A DNA stretch of 64,000 nt. It comes from Selaginella moellendorffii (lineage: Eukaryota; Plantae; Lycopodiophyta). Positions 47,011 to 59,229 of the stretch are shown piece after piece (positions within the stretch are counted from its first letter, which is position 1; the number at the start of each line of letters is the position of its first letter). The notes beneath the pieces were generated by a model. That model was given only the letters and a program-made list of their open reading frames with translations. It ran no database searches and was not told where the DNA came from. The stretch spans positions 367,507-431,506 of the forward strand of contig NW_003314331.1 of NCBI RefSeq assembly GCF_000143415.4, read 5' to 3'. A program made the position numbers and the translations under genes.

Positions 47011-47390
47011 ATGCTAAATCTAAACCAAAATCCTATCCAAACACTCTTCAAGGATAATTAAAGCTTGCTTTTTAACTCCACTAATTTGAGTGCATAGAAT
47101 ATGAAAATGGAATATAAAAATGTGTATATCAATTAACCTAAAAAACTATAATTTATATATAGAAGCAAGTCATAAATTGTAGTGCAAGTGATCATAGAAT
47201 GAAATTTGGATATATTATCACTATGGATTCTTGGAACTTAGGGGATAAATAGAAATAAATAGCTATTAAGGGCTTTTTTATTAAGCAATTGTTTCTTTTC
47301 CAGTTGGCTTAAGGGAGAGAAGTACATTACATTTGGTATTAAAGCAAATGGAACAGGTTCGATTCCTATTGATTAGTGGCTACTTAAAAA

Positions 47391-47654
47391 TATAATATAT
47401 TGGTTGCAAGCGTTGCTTATATCTTAGTTGCATCACGAAAGTTGTATTAGTTACACCACGAAGAAATGTCACGAAAGTTGTATTAGTTACACCACGAAGA
47501 AATGTCACGAAAGTTGTATTAGTTACACCACGAAGAAATGTATAATATATTGGTTGCAAGCGTTGCTTATATCTTAGTTGCATCACGAAAGTTGTATTAG
47601 TTACACCACGAAGAAATGTCACGAAAGTTGTATTAGTTACACCACGAAGAAATG
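47391..47654 (+). repeat. Perfect higher-order tandem repeat A-B-B-B-A-B-B (A 42 bp, B 36 bp)
   Basis: A at 47391 and 47541; B (TCACGAAAGTTGTATTAGTTACACCACGAAGAAATG) at 47433, 47469, 47505, 47583 and 47619. Confidence 0.95.
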
Positions 47655-47780
47655 TCAAATGAAGACATGTCAAATGAGGACAAACAGTAGAGGCTGTTAG
47701 TCAATATCTGTGGAAGCTGTTTCTATCCCTCTCGTAGTATATAATCCCCATATTTCATTCTTGCAAGTAGATGTGCAACG

Positions 47781-48668
47781 ATGATTTATTGCCCAATTTA
47801 TGAATCTCCCTGGAAGAAATGCAAGTGCTTTCAAATCAACACAAAGGTTCCATCCAATTCAACACAGCTCGACCGGCTATGCCTTAATCTTCCTAATGGA
47901 ATGTCCAAGAACCATCAGCTCGTGGACATTGCCATGGTGATCCTACCCTACGTACGGGAGAGCTGTGCCAATTTCGAAGTTGCTTTGGAGATCAAGAACC
48001 TCTTTGTGGGAGTGGGCGACAGCGATGTAATCATCAACTCGGACGCCCTGGGATTCTACCCCTACCGCATCAAACTCTGGATCGATCCACAGCTTGACGA
48101 GATGAAGAGCCCTGTCAATGCTATCTATGAATACAATTCCCGTGCCAATTCCAGCACGCGCACCACGAGCAGCGACAACGAGATTGGAGCTCGATTTAAT
48201 CTATGGGCACTGTCGCTCAGATTAAAGAAATCATGGGGGCGGTCACTTCAAGAGCCAATGGAGTGCGAGTCCATCAGTGTTGGAGATCCAGGGAACACCG
48301 CCAAGCTCGAGTGGAATCTCCTTCGCTGGAATCACAATGGGATGAAGTATAATCCATCCAAACCATACTCTGGCCTTGGCTCTCTTAAGGTAAATCATGT
48401 TTTTACTCTTCTTTTCATCTGGGCGTGATCCATATAGCCGCCATTGCGAAGAGGGCGCACAAGTATCAGTGTGGAAGACTTTCCCATCACTGTGTGGCAT
48501 CTGCCAGCAACCATGGCATCCAAGTTTCCACTCCGGTTCAACCTTCGTCTCGAGGCTGACATGCATCTCGTCTGGTACACAAGAAGCAAATGGGTGTGCC
48601 GAGAGGCAAATTGCACCAGCGAGAGAGTCGAATTTTCTCGAGAGTTTGTTGTCGCAGATGGTGAGTGA
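47781..48668 (+). CDS. Family-X subfamily B copy B2, 279 aa
   Basis: Exons 47781-48389 and 48438-48668 (48-nt intron), intact frame; a 1-nt insertion puts the upstream ATG (47771) out of frame. Confidence 0.8.
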
Positions 48669-49769
48669 CAAGTCCGACTGTCATACTGCTTCGAGCGTCT
48701 ATCGCTTCTTACTGTTCTTCCCCAGTATCGAGTTTGGAGCTAGAAACTTACTACACATACATGTGTCTTTCAGTGTCTTGAATGGGATTTTAGCAGGCCA
48801 GATTGCCTCTGGCAGCGAATCCAGAAATTAGCTAGCCTTGCCTGCGAAAACCCTGCTGTTTTCCTCAAAGAGATCTCTTTCCTCCTTTTTCTGCTTTACC
48901 TGATCGCTCGCGCAATCGACGTTATGAACGGGTCACGTCACGCGTCCCTGTGGCTGTAGGAAGACTCGTTGTGGACAGCAGCAGTGTTAGAAGCTTTTCT
49001 AGCCTTCTCGGCCAGATTCCAGAGCATCCCGGTGGCTACCAAGATCATCAGTGTCACCATCTTGGGTCTCGAAAGCAAATTAATAAAGCTGGAAAAACAA
49101 GTACCTCGCCAATGTCATCCCACAGCAAGATCACGCTGCAGCCGAGCTTCCTTGGCCTCACTAACCGCGTTTTGCTTCTTCTCGTCATCTGGAATTCATA
49201 GGATATTATCGATCCAGTGTTTGGTCACGAGCCGCCAGTTTACAACGCGTAGTTCTACAGTCCAGAGAAGATCAAGGAAGAAGATGCCAGATGATAAGCT
49301 CTTGTCCTGTAAGTTCCAGTTCCACTTGTGTCTTGGGAAACATCAGTTCACAGCGTTTCGTTGGCGCGAATTAATTCAGCGTAAGTGAGGCTGTTGTCGG
49401 CTGTCAAACAATTCCTGGAATAAGAAGAAGTTTTATCAACAGCGAGGTGGGCCTGAAATTCAATACCTTTCATGGCAGAGATAGGCCAGAAAAGCAAGAT
49501 TCAAGTTTGCGGAGCCGCACTCTGGGTGTGAGGTACTTGTAGTTTATTTCTGCCTATAGGTACAAGCGGAGTGGCAAGATCATGGAGTGCATAAGCTCGT
49601 ACCAGGATCTCCTGTCGCAGATCGGAAGTCACGAGCAAGAGCTGAATGTGGACATTGCGAAGCTGGAAGTGTCTTGATCTTGTCACAAATGGAACGACAA
49701 GGCGCAAGCACTGCTGGGATCACAGTAAGCTCACACAAGAGCTCTCATTTCTCTGCATTGATAGCTCCC

Positions 49770-50201
49770 TCATGATCTTAGGCACTCGCTCTGGCATCGC
49801 CGCATACAAACGTCGTTCCAATTGGGGACGTGATGCTGGGTAGAACAAACGGATCGAGCGCACGCCTCGGCGCAAGCATCCAAATCCGAGACCCCACACA
49901 CAGTGACGCACGAATTGGGCGTCACATCCTTTGCAAAGCTGCCCACTCGCTTCATCATCCGATCCGACGCGCACACGCGCTTGCAAGCGAATCGATCCTG
50001 GGAATCCAAATCCTGCTGCTGCTGCTGCTCGCTCTCATCGAGCGATGATCGCCGGCGCCGCCATCTCTCCGCAATGCCACCGCCGCCACTCTTGCCGCCC
50101 TTCCCGCGCCGCCGCCGCCGGATCATCGTGGCGGAGCCTGTGATTCCCAGTAACCCTAGCCCCAGCCCCACCGCCGCGCTCCACCACGAGCCCTCCACCA
50201 T
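49770..50201 (-). CDS. At5g64816-like small Cys-rich membrane-anchored protein (intact copy)
   Basis: WWSAAVG hydrophobic N-terminus; FACKRVCASDRMMKRVGSFAKD..CVTVCGVSDLDACAEACARSVC..HHVPNWNDVCMRRCQSECL. Confidence 0.85.
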   Translation of the reverse strand: MVEGSWWSAAVGLGLGLLGITGSATMIRRRRRGKGGKSGGGGIAERWRRRRSSLDESEQQQQQDLDSQDRFACKRVCASDRMMKRVGSFAKDVTPNSCVTVCGVSDLDACAEACARSVCSTQHHVPNWNDVCMRRCQSECLRS

Positions 50202-50399
50202 CCCTCCTCCACACTAAGCTTGCCCTAGAGCATCCGCGTATATTCTTGTGTGTAGATTAGATTCTATATTGGTTCCCGTTAGTTGGATCATTCGATTTCC
50301 AATATACAAGGAAAGAAAGAATATCCCAGGGGAGCTCTCCCCGGTTGCGGTTTTGTTGGCCCTGCCAGGGCTGCCATCCGCAAGTGGGGAGGTCCACTT

Positions 50400-50733
50400 G
50401 GGCAGACACAGTGTTATCTTAAGACAGTTGATACTCAAGCGCTACTTTTGTTCTATAGTATGGATCTTCGCAGTTTAAAGTGTTCCAGTTTGTTGGTCTC
50501 TACCTTAAGAAAAGTTAGTAATTTCTCTGGGAGAACCAGCCTTCTGCAGGTGGTAGTTGACCGATTTAAACAAAACCTCTTCAGCTGGAACACGAAGAAG
50601 CTCTTCTATATCCTGCAAACTCCAGAAACTTTAGAATTTTCACACAGATTCATTTTTTATTACCTCTGTATCGTTTACCATCTCCGCGAGGTCTGGTGCC
50701 GCTTTCATCTTGACGCCAGAAAGGAATTGAATC
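50400..50733 (-). pseudogene. Fimbrin CH2 fragment
   Basis: Matches 33560-33955 (LQKAGSPREITNF). Confidence 0.8.
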
Positions 50734-50764
50734 TAAGATTCTAAAGAGTTTTCTTTACGTGCAG

Positions 50765-51085
50765 GCATTACGGCCGATCTCCACGGATTGCGATCTTCTC
50801 GCTGGATCTCGCGCTATGGATGGAGATCCTCGGCTTCACGGTCCGGAGCTTCTCGGCGCTGGTTTGGTTGAAAACCGGCTAAGACCGTCTCTCGCCACGC
50901 ATAATCTCGCTAGTTGCTACTAGAGGCTTGTCCAGCCCGGTGCTACTTCCGTTGAGAGCACCCGGGACCGCCAGACAGACGTCCATAACCCGATCCTCGG
51001 TGGCTCGATCTATGATCCAACGTACTACGCCTCGCTCTTGCGGATCTAGTTGAAGGAGAATTGCTTGAGCTCGTCAACAAATGTG
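50765..51085 (+). pseudogene. At1g55535-like last-exon remnant
   Basis: LALWMEILGFTVRSFSALVWL and ILGGSIYDPTYYASL; inverted paralog of 35050-35380. Confidence 0.7.
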
Positions 51086-51459
51086 GGATTTTTCAGTCTT
51101 CTTCTTTTTTCTCTGTATGGCGATAAGGCTGATCTCTCTATCCGTGCAGGACACTAACGAAAAGCGCGCTAGCGGAGTATAAGCGCTGTAGAGCAACTTT
51201 GTCCTTGTACCCGGCATTAAACTCCAGGTTTGTAACAACGTGCAAAGCGTTTGCTTTTGTCTCAAGTCACTCCTCAGGAGCTGGTTTTTCTCGCAGAGCA
51301 CATTGGGGAAGCAGTTCACGCGGCATTCAAGGACAAGAAATCGACAAAGAAGGCAGAGAGACGAAGAAGAAAGCTCGATTTTGGTGTGGCCGGTGGTTCT
51401 TTCCTTCCACCCGAATGCTTTGAAGGTAATTGGCGACCGAGCGACTGAGCTGAGGGGAC

Positions 51460-52660
51460 GCCTGCTTTTGGGGGCGTTGTGGTGTCCTATCCTCTCTTGG
51501 AGAGCCAATTCACGCTGAATGAGCTTCGCTCGCTCAAATCCGAGGTAAAGAACCTGCAAAGTCTCGTTCTTTCTTTCTTTTTCTTTTTCGTATCTTTTGG
51601 AGTAGCGACGTGATCACCGCCAAACAGTTCAAAGATGCTTTCAAGACTGGCTTTCATCCAAGAACCTCTAACAGAGCAGGAGGTGGCCTCCATTGTGAAA
51701 GAAAGGAGCAGCAGCTTGGATAATGAGGCCTTTCTGTCGGTAACGCGATCATCGTTTCCGAAGTTTCTCATGTCTCTGCAGATATACTTGGAGATGCAAA
51801 AGAGCGGCGTCAAAATCAGCCCGCAAACGAGCCCAGCGTCCCAGTTCCTGAAAAGATCAAGTACCACATTGATTCACACTCAGAGGAAAAAAGCGATCAT
51901 ATTAATAGCCATCTTTCCATGGGGGACATTCCTTCTTTCTTTCTAGGGATGATCTCTTTGACGCTGTTCAGGACGGTATACTGATCTGGTAAGTTTCCGG
52001 TCGTGTTTTCACGCTGAAAACTAATCACTGGTCTTGCAGCAAACTGATCAACGTACCATCGATGAGAGGGCTCTCAATATGAAAATCTCAATACTTGGGA
52101 AAAGGTCGAGAATCACACACAAAGGCAATTGGTTGCTCGATTGTGGAACATTGGAACCGAAGATTTGATCGCTGGAAGAGTTTCCATTTTATGCGCAAAA
52201 ACTTTTTGACTGATCTTGTTTTTGTCTATGCAGTCTCGCTTCGTCCTGAGCATCAGTGTTTTGTCAGATTCAATTCCTTTCTGGCGTCAAGATGAAAGCG
52301 GCACCAGAGCTCGCGGAGATGGTAAACGATACAGAGGTAATAAAAAATGAATCTGTGTGAAAATTCTAAAGTTTCTGGAGTTTGCAGGATATAGAAGGGC
52401 TTCTTCGTGTTCCAGCTCAAGAGGTTTTGTTTAAATCGGTCAACTAACACCTGCAGAAGGCTGGATCTCCCAGAGAAATTACTAACTTTTCGTCAGATCT
52501 TACGGTAGAGACCAACGAACTGGGAACACTTTAAAACTGACCAAGGATGGGGAAACATACACCGTACTTCTAAACGTCTTGGCTCCTGAGAGCTGCGATT
52601 TGTCTCCGCTAGATCTCCAAGATCCATACGATAGAACAAAAGCAGTGCTTGCTCAGGGAT
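51460..52660 (+). pseudogene. Fimbrin pseudogene
   Basis: GVVVSYPLLESQFTLNELRSLKSE, SQFLKRSSTTL, TIDERALN, KAIGCSIV, ITNFSSDLT|DGETYTVLLNVLAPE..DPYDRTKAVLAQ. Confidence 0.88.
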
Positions 52661-52739
52661 GGAGGCGCAAAAGCTCGAGTAAGATGATACAAACTACCAA
52701 AATAGAATCTAGTCTACACACAAGAATATACGCGGATGC

Positions 52740-53125
52740 TCTGGGCTAGGGTTACTGGGAATCACAGGCTCCGCCACGATGATCCGGCGGCGGCGGCGCG
52801 GGAAGAGCGGCAAGAGTGGCGGCGGTGGCATTGCGGAGAGATGGCGGCGCCGGCGATCATCGCTGGATGAGAGCGAGCAGCAGCAGCAGCAGAATTTGGA
52901 TTCCCAGGATCGATTCGCTTGTGCGCGTCGGATCGGATGATGAAGCGAGTGGGCAGCTTTGCAAAGGATGTGACGCCCAATTCGTGCGTCAGTGTGTGTG
53001 GGGTCTCGGATTTGGATGCTTTTGCCGAGGCGTGTGCTCGATCCGTTTGTTCTACACAGCATCACGTCCCCAATTGGAACGATGTTTGTATTCGACGATG
53101 CCAGAGCGAGTGCCTAAGATCATGA
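52740..53125 (+). pseudogene. At5g64816-like pseudogene (5' deleted, frameshifted)
   Basis: C-terminal Cys block retained (one Cys to Phe); N-terminus missing. Confidence 0.75.
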
Positions 53126-54256
53126 GGGAGCTATCAATGCAGAGAAATGAGGGCTCTTGTAAGCTTACTGTGACCCCAGCACTGCGGTCCATTTTGTGAC
53201 AAGATCAAGACACTCCTCGGCTCCATCAGAGTAGCGAAACTCTGGATTTTTGCTCTTGCTCGTGACTTCCGATCTGCGACAGGAGATCCTGGTACGAGCT
53301 CATGCACTCCATGATCTTGCCACTCCGCTTGTACCTATAGGCAGAAATAAATTACAGGTACCTCACACCCAGAGCGGCTCCGCAAACTTGAATCTTGATC
53401 TCTGCCATGAAAGGTATTGAATTTCAGGCCCACCTCGCTCTTGATAAAACTTCTTCTTGTTCCAGGAATGGTTTGACAGCCAACAACAGCCTCACTTACG
53501 CTGAATTAATTCAGGATCATGAGCAAGACTCGGAGACGAGCGGGTTTTTCGTGTGTGGATCAATAGCCTTGGTATAACAAGTATGGAGTTTCAAGGTAAC
53601 AAACTTTGCTGTGAACTAATGTTTACCAAGACACAAGTGGAACTGGAACTTACAGGACAAGAGCTTATCATTCTTCTCTGGACTGTACAACCACGCGTTG
53701 TATACTGGCGGCTCGTGAACAAACAGACAAGCAACGAACTGAATGCTGGATCGATATAATCCTGTGAATTCCAGATGAAAACGCGGTCAGTGCGACCAGG
53801 AAGCTCGGCTGCAGCGTGTTCTTGCTGTGGGATGAGGTACTTGTTTTTCCAGCTTTGTTAATTTGCTTTCGCCAAGATGGTGATGATCTTGGTAGCCACC
53901 GTGATGCTCTGGAATCTGGCTGAGAAGGCTAGAAAAGCTTCTAACACTGCTGCTGTCCACAACGGGTCTTCTTACAGCCACAGGGACGCGTGACGTGACG
54001 CGTCCATAACGTCGATTGCGCGAGCGATCAGGTAAAGCAGAAAAAGGAGGAAAGAGATCTCTTTGAGCAAAACAGCAGGGTTTTCGCAGTAGCTAATTTC
54101 TGGATTCGCAGCCAGAGACAATCTGGCCTGCTAAAATCCCATTCAAGACACTGAAAGACACATGTATTTGTAGTAAGTTTCTAGCTCCAAACTGGATACT
54201 GGGGAAGAACAGTTAAGAAGCGATGGACGCTCAAAGCAGTATGACAGTCGGACTTG

Positions 54257-55153
54257 TCACTCACCATCTGCGACAACAAACTCTCGAGAAAATTCGACTC
54301 TCTCGCTGGTGCAATTTGCCTCTCGGCACACCCATTTGCTTCTTGTGTACCAGACGAGATGCATGTCAGCCTCGAGACGAAGGTTGAACCGGAGTGGAAA
54401 CTTGGACGCCATGCTTGTGGGCAGATGCCACACAGTGATGGGAAAGTCTTCCACACTGATACTTGTGCGCCCTCCTCGCAATGGCGGCTATATGGATCAC
54501 GCCCAGATGAAACGAAGAGTAAAAGCATGATTTACCTTAAGAGAGCCAAGGCCAGAGTATGGTTTGGATGGATTATACTTCGTCCCATTGTGATTCCAGC
54601 GAAGGAGATTCCACTCGAGCTTAGCAGTGTTCCCTGGATCTCCAACACTGATGGACTCGCACTCCATTGGCTCTTGAAGTGAGCGCCCCCATGATTTCTT
54701 TAATCTGAGCGACAGTGGCCATAGATTAAATCGAGCTCCAATCTCGTTGTCGCTGCTCGTGGTGCGCGTGCTGGAATTGACACGAGAATTCTTGTAATAG
54801 ATAGCATTGACAGGGCTCTTCATCTCGTCAAGCTGTGGACCGATCCAGAGTTTGATGCGGTAGGGGTAGAATCCCAGGGCATCGGAGTTGATGATTACAT
54901 CGCTGTCGCCCACTCCCACAAAGAGGTTCTTGATCTCCAAAGCAACTTCGAAATTGGCACAGCTCTCCCGTACGTAGGGTAGGATCACCATGGCAATGTC
55001 CACGAGCTGATGGCTCTTGGGCATTCCGTTAGGAAGATTAAGGCATAGCCGGTCGAGCTGTGTAGAATTGGATGGAACCTTTGTGTTGATTTGAAAGCAC
55101 TTGCATTTCTTCCAGGGAGATTCATAAATTGGGCAATAAATCATGCTGCACAT
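54257..55153 (-). CDS. Family-X subfamily B copy B3, 282 aa
   Basis: Exons 55153-54536 and 54487-54257 (48-nt intron), intact frame. Confidence 0.8.
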
Positions 55154-55549
55154 CTACTTGCAAGAATGAAATCCATCTATCTATTGATCTGTTTTTTGGG
55201 CTTATGGTTTAGGGATTATATACCAAGAGAGGGATATAATATAAATTAAAGTTTTTGGGTTAATTTATGAATCTTTCTAGAAGAAACACAAAGGTTCAAC
55301 TTGACCTGCTATGCCTTAATCTTCCTAGTGGGATGCCAACTTGGTTAAATGGTGTTGTTTGTTTTGTGTTGATTTGAATGCACAACTCATCAATCTATCA
55401 TAATAAGGAGGGAGTGCCAAACTTTTTGTATGCCAAATCCAGCTAATTGCAGCCGATGAACTGTTAATGGTAATGGAAGGCATGACACGTGTCACATGTA
55501 ATGTGTTGACTCAGAGTGAATTGTTTTTGTTTTGTAATGTTTTTCTAGG

Positions 55550-56734
55550 GTTTATGAAATGCCCCTACTGCTGCTACTGATTCCCAATCCAAATCTGATT
55601 CACAATCCAAATCTAAGGCACTGCCGCTGGAACAAGCCATGTCTTGGTACTGTCGCTAGACTGTCTTGGCCACTGTTGCTAGAATGCTAAGCTCAATGTG
55701 CCTATGGGTCTGATGCCTCTACGGAGGAAAAGACCAAGAAGTGGTATGTCTAGCTTTGCTTTGACAATCTTAAACACTCACTCAGCTTTTTTTCATTTTC
55801 TTCTTCTTTTCCTAGATGAATATTTGAACCAAGAAGCAGAGAATGCAAAGACATTGTCTCTGCGACAGCATGTGATGTCCCCACCATGCTTCCGGAACCT
55901 TTTGTTAACAGTGATGTGTTTCCTAAGAGAGCTAGGCAGGGTATATTGTTATTTTTCATTTTTCTTTCATAACTTTGGTATTCTCATACAGGATGTGTCT
56001 CTGCTTTTGGCTCTTCATTGCATTACCATGAGGAGTTCCATCAAATCAAGGTATTTGTGGTGCATAGAATTTGTATGATCTTCATTCTTACTCCACTGTT
56101 AGGAAATAGGATGAGGCGATTTCAGCTATGTTTATAAAGTTCTCAAAAGACTTGGCAGCTGCCTATATGCTGTAAAGCATTCCAATTGGCATCTGCTAAA
56201 TGAGGGAGATCGTTTTGTCACTATATTCAAGAGACTATGATATTGATTTGGCAAATTTTTCTCTTTGCAGGAGGAAAGCACTAAGAGAAGTTTAGGCACT
56301 TTCATGTCTTGGTGAGTTGGCTTTTTTCTTTCAGTATTACCACTGGCTTCCTCAAAACTTATCTAGCTTCCAGGTTACCATGAAAACGTAGTGTGTTACT
56401 TCTCTTCATGGTTCGAGAATGACTTTTTGTATATCCAAATGGAGCTGTGTGAGACAAATCTACAAGACGAGAGCCTTGCATGGACATTCACGGAGAAGAA
56501 GCTGACCGAGGTGATGTTTCAAGTAAGCAGCTCAATTGTGTTCTTTTCTTAGTTTGTTATGCATGGCAGCTCTTAAACGCTTTGAAGCACTTACACTCGC
56601 ACAGCCTTGCTCACCTAGACGTGAAGCCCAACAACATCTACATCCGTAATCGCGTCTACAAGATTGGTGACTTTGGCCTCACTAGTCAAATTGATGGAAC
56701 CATTTCCATCAAGGATGGCAACTCAAGATATCTC
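55550..56734 (+). pseudogene. WEE1: WEE1 kinase pseudogene truncated by an LTR insertion
   Basis: YHEEFHQIK|EIG*GDFSYVYKVLKRLGSCLYAVKHS, KALREV*AL, HENVVCYFSSWFENDFLYIQMELC, AHLDVKPNNIY, YKIGDFG, DGNSRYL; stops present; homology ends at TGTAAG 56735. Confidence 0.85.
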
Positions 56735-57557
56735 TGTAAGGAACCAACTCCCCGAGATGTCGTAGGCCAAAGGATCCCCGAAAGCTTGACCGAAATGACA
56801 AAGAGTTCATCGGATGGGACCGAGTCGAAGATTGAGTCGATGCATACTCGAGTCTAGAATACCACCAAGGAAACAACTCTAGAAAAAGTTCACGGTATTC
56901 ACACTATGTGAGAAATGCACCAATTTAAATGAGTTAGGGGTAACCTCTTTGTCTAATGCTGATGCGCTACCAACTCAAACACCTTCCGACCGTCGCCGAC
57001 AAGGAAATGACCAACAGAGTCAGCCACCCTTGCTGCTCTGGGAGCCACCCAGCTTAAAAAAGTGTGATATGCCCTTGCCCACAAAGACATAGAGAAAGAA
57101 GCCAGAGGCCCCAACCCTCCTGAGCAAAGAAACCAAACCCGTCGGTAAAGTTTAGATAGACTACTGTAAACAGGCAGTTAGAGTTGTTTACACGGTCACA
57201 CCCTTTTGAACGAAATAAGGAATATCGACAGAGAGGCGGGTGATGTGACCAGTTGACAGTAGTTACCCCATGACTAGAGATTTCACCATGCACACGAAGT
57301 GCCGAAGCTAGGCTGCCTATACTGGCTGCAATTCAAAGATCAATATATAGACAATATCAAAGTCATAGACAATGATATCTTAGAGTGTTAATTATTTGTA
57401 AATATATCTTAGATTAAAACATAAAAGTATTCCAAGTAAGTTATCATCTGATAAACTAATATGACAGTATAGGAACCACGAAAATCATCATAATCGGTAA
57501 ACATAGGAATCACCATCCAACAAAATTCAATAGCAAATATATCATCAAGGAAACTCA

Positions 57558-59229
57558 TGTGAGACACAAAATCCCTAGGCCCCAAAGTGGAGCCAGAAGG
57601 GTGCCATGTGGTAGTGGCCGAAGCGAAAGCTAAACAAGCATAACATGTTTGGACCAAAAGCTCCGACTTGAAAAGTTGAGAGTGGGAGTGGAACTCCCAA
57701 CAAAGTGCTCGAGGAATGAGCACGAAGCGAGCAATGAGCGAGGCTCCAAAAAATGGACCCAAAAGGACCAACACATGACACGTGGAAGTGTCCGAGATGG
57801 ACCCGAGTTGGAGTCTGAGGTGGAGTCTGAGATGGAGTCCAAGATGGAGTCCGAGATGGACCCAAGCTGGAGTCCAAGTTGGAGTCCGAGATGGAGTCCG
57901 AGATGGACCCAAGTTGGAGTCCGAGTTGGAGTCCGAGATGGAGTCCAAGATGGAGTCCAAGATGGAGTCCGAGATGGACCAAGACGGAGTCCGAGATGGA
58001 CCGAGACGGAGTCCGAGATGGAGTCTGAGATGGACCGAGACAGAGTCCGAGATGGAGTTCGAGAGGGACTCGAGATGGAATCCGAGATGGAGTCTGAGGT
58101 CGAGACTGAGACCGGGACCGAGACCGGGACCGGGACCGAGACCGAGACCGAGATCAGGACTGAGACCGAGCCCGAGCCCGAGCCCGAGTCCGAGTCCGAG
58201 CCTGAGGTCGAGTTCGAGTCCGAGTCCGAGTTCAAGTCTGAGAGGGTGAAAGCCCAAAGCATTCGTCTCCCAAACCCTGGGGGGTTTGGTGAGCTCCAAA
58301 AGTATAGTAAGGGGGAGGACTGCAGTGGAGCCAGTTTAGACAGGAAAGGCTAGTTTGGCCTAGGAAGGCTGTACCCAATGTTGGGTTATGAGCTGCCCAC
58401 TAGGAAGTCCAAGACTAGAGTGAACACGGACTGACAAGCGGTGGTGAAGTGTTCAAGAGCCGGCTCTAGTTCCCTTGGGAGATCAACTGGCTGATGCTCC
58501 TAGTCCAAGTGTGAGTGGCACTACCTATTTGGATACCTAGCGTGGCTCAATGGAACCTCGCTCTAAGCCCATGGCTAGAGCACCTAAAGGCGGAAGGCGG
58601 GGAGAGTACCCATGAGGCCCGCGTAGGGCCACAGTGTTCCGAAATGTTGTCCCAAAGTCCCAGTCTGTGGAAAAGAAGAGGAGTAGCCCTCCGGTGTGGT
58701 GACCAAGGACACAGTCACACAGTGAGGAAGTCCTAGAGGACAGTGGGACTTAGTGGTCGGGCTCGTGGGCCTTGATCTAGTGGCAGTGTTGGCAAACATG
58801 GCCAAGGATAGAAAAGGACTTGGTGGAAACCAGAATGGAGATATTGGGGAAGGCTATTCTCCATGTTTGTGGGCATCCTAAGGATGCTAAAGAGTGGATC
58901 TGGGACGACCACTCATGGGAGAATGGCCTAGTCTTGAAGAGACGGGATTGCAATGCAGGTGGTGTTAGACCACCGATGTGACCAAGGTGAATGAGCGTAG
59001 CCTAGCGTAATGGGCTCATATGTCGGTGGTACCTTGGGGTATCGGTCATGGGATCAGACACGTGGAGCACTTGGACCAAGTGCAAAGGTTGAGTGGCAAG
59101 GATGCCATTCTCGGGGCTAGCAAGCCCAAGTCCAAAATAGGACTTATGGAGGTTGTGAGTGAGACTTCTCCAAGTGGTCGGAGGTGTGGTTAAGTGACTA
59201 AAGTAGAATGGAAAAATTAATCGCTTACA
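57558..59229. mobile_element. Nested solo LTR (1672 bp)
   Basis: TGTGAG...CTTACA termini flanked by an identical 5-bp TSD ACTCA (57553-57557 and 59230-59234). Confidence 0.85.
57790..58240 (+). repeat. Hexamer-based tandem array (GAGTCC/GAGATG/GAGACC variants) inside the solo LTR
   Basis: Directly visible; produces stop-free low-complexity frames on both strands. Confidence 0.9.

Larger units (their letters stand above)
47753..55171. repeat. Large inverted segmental duplication: arms approx. 47753-50733 and 52266-55171
   Basis: Mirror gene order: B, unknown, At5g64816-like, fimbrin fragment; high nucleotide identity between the arms. Confidence 0.92.

Noticed and set aside
47391-47654. 36-bp direct repeats resembling a CRISPR array
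   Set aside because: The repeats abut with no unique spacers, the two 42-bp units are identical, the context is eukaryotic and there are no cas genes.
47380-47673. 97-aa repetitive ORF (TFLRGVTNTTFV)n
   Set aside because: Translation of the tandem repeat; no independent coding evidence.
57409-58353. Several overlapping 135-296-aa ORFs on both strands
   Set aside because: By-product of a stop-free hexamer array inside a solo LTR.
56735-59229. Single 2.5-kb LTR TGTAAG...CTTACA
   Set aside because: Flanks differ (ATCTC vs ACTCA); the ACTCA TSD pairs 59229 with 57558 instead.
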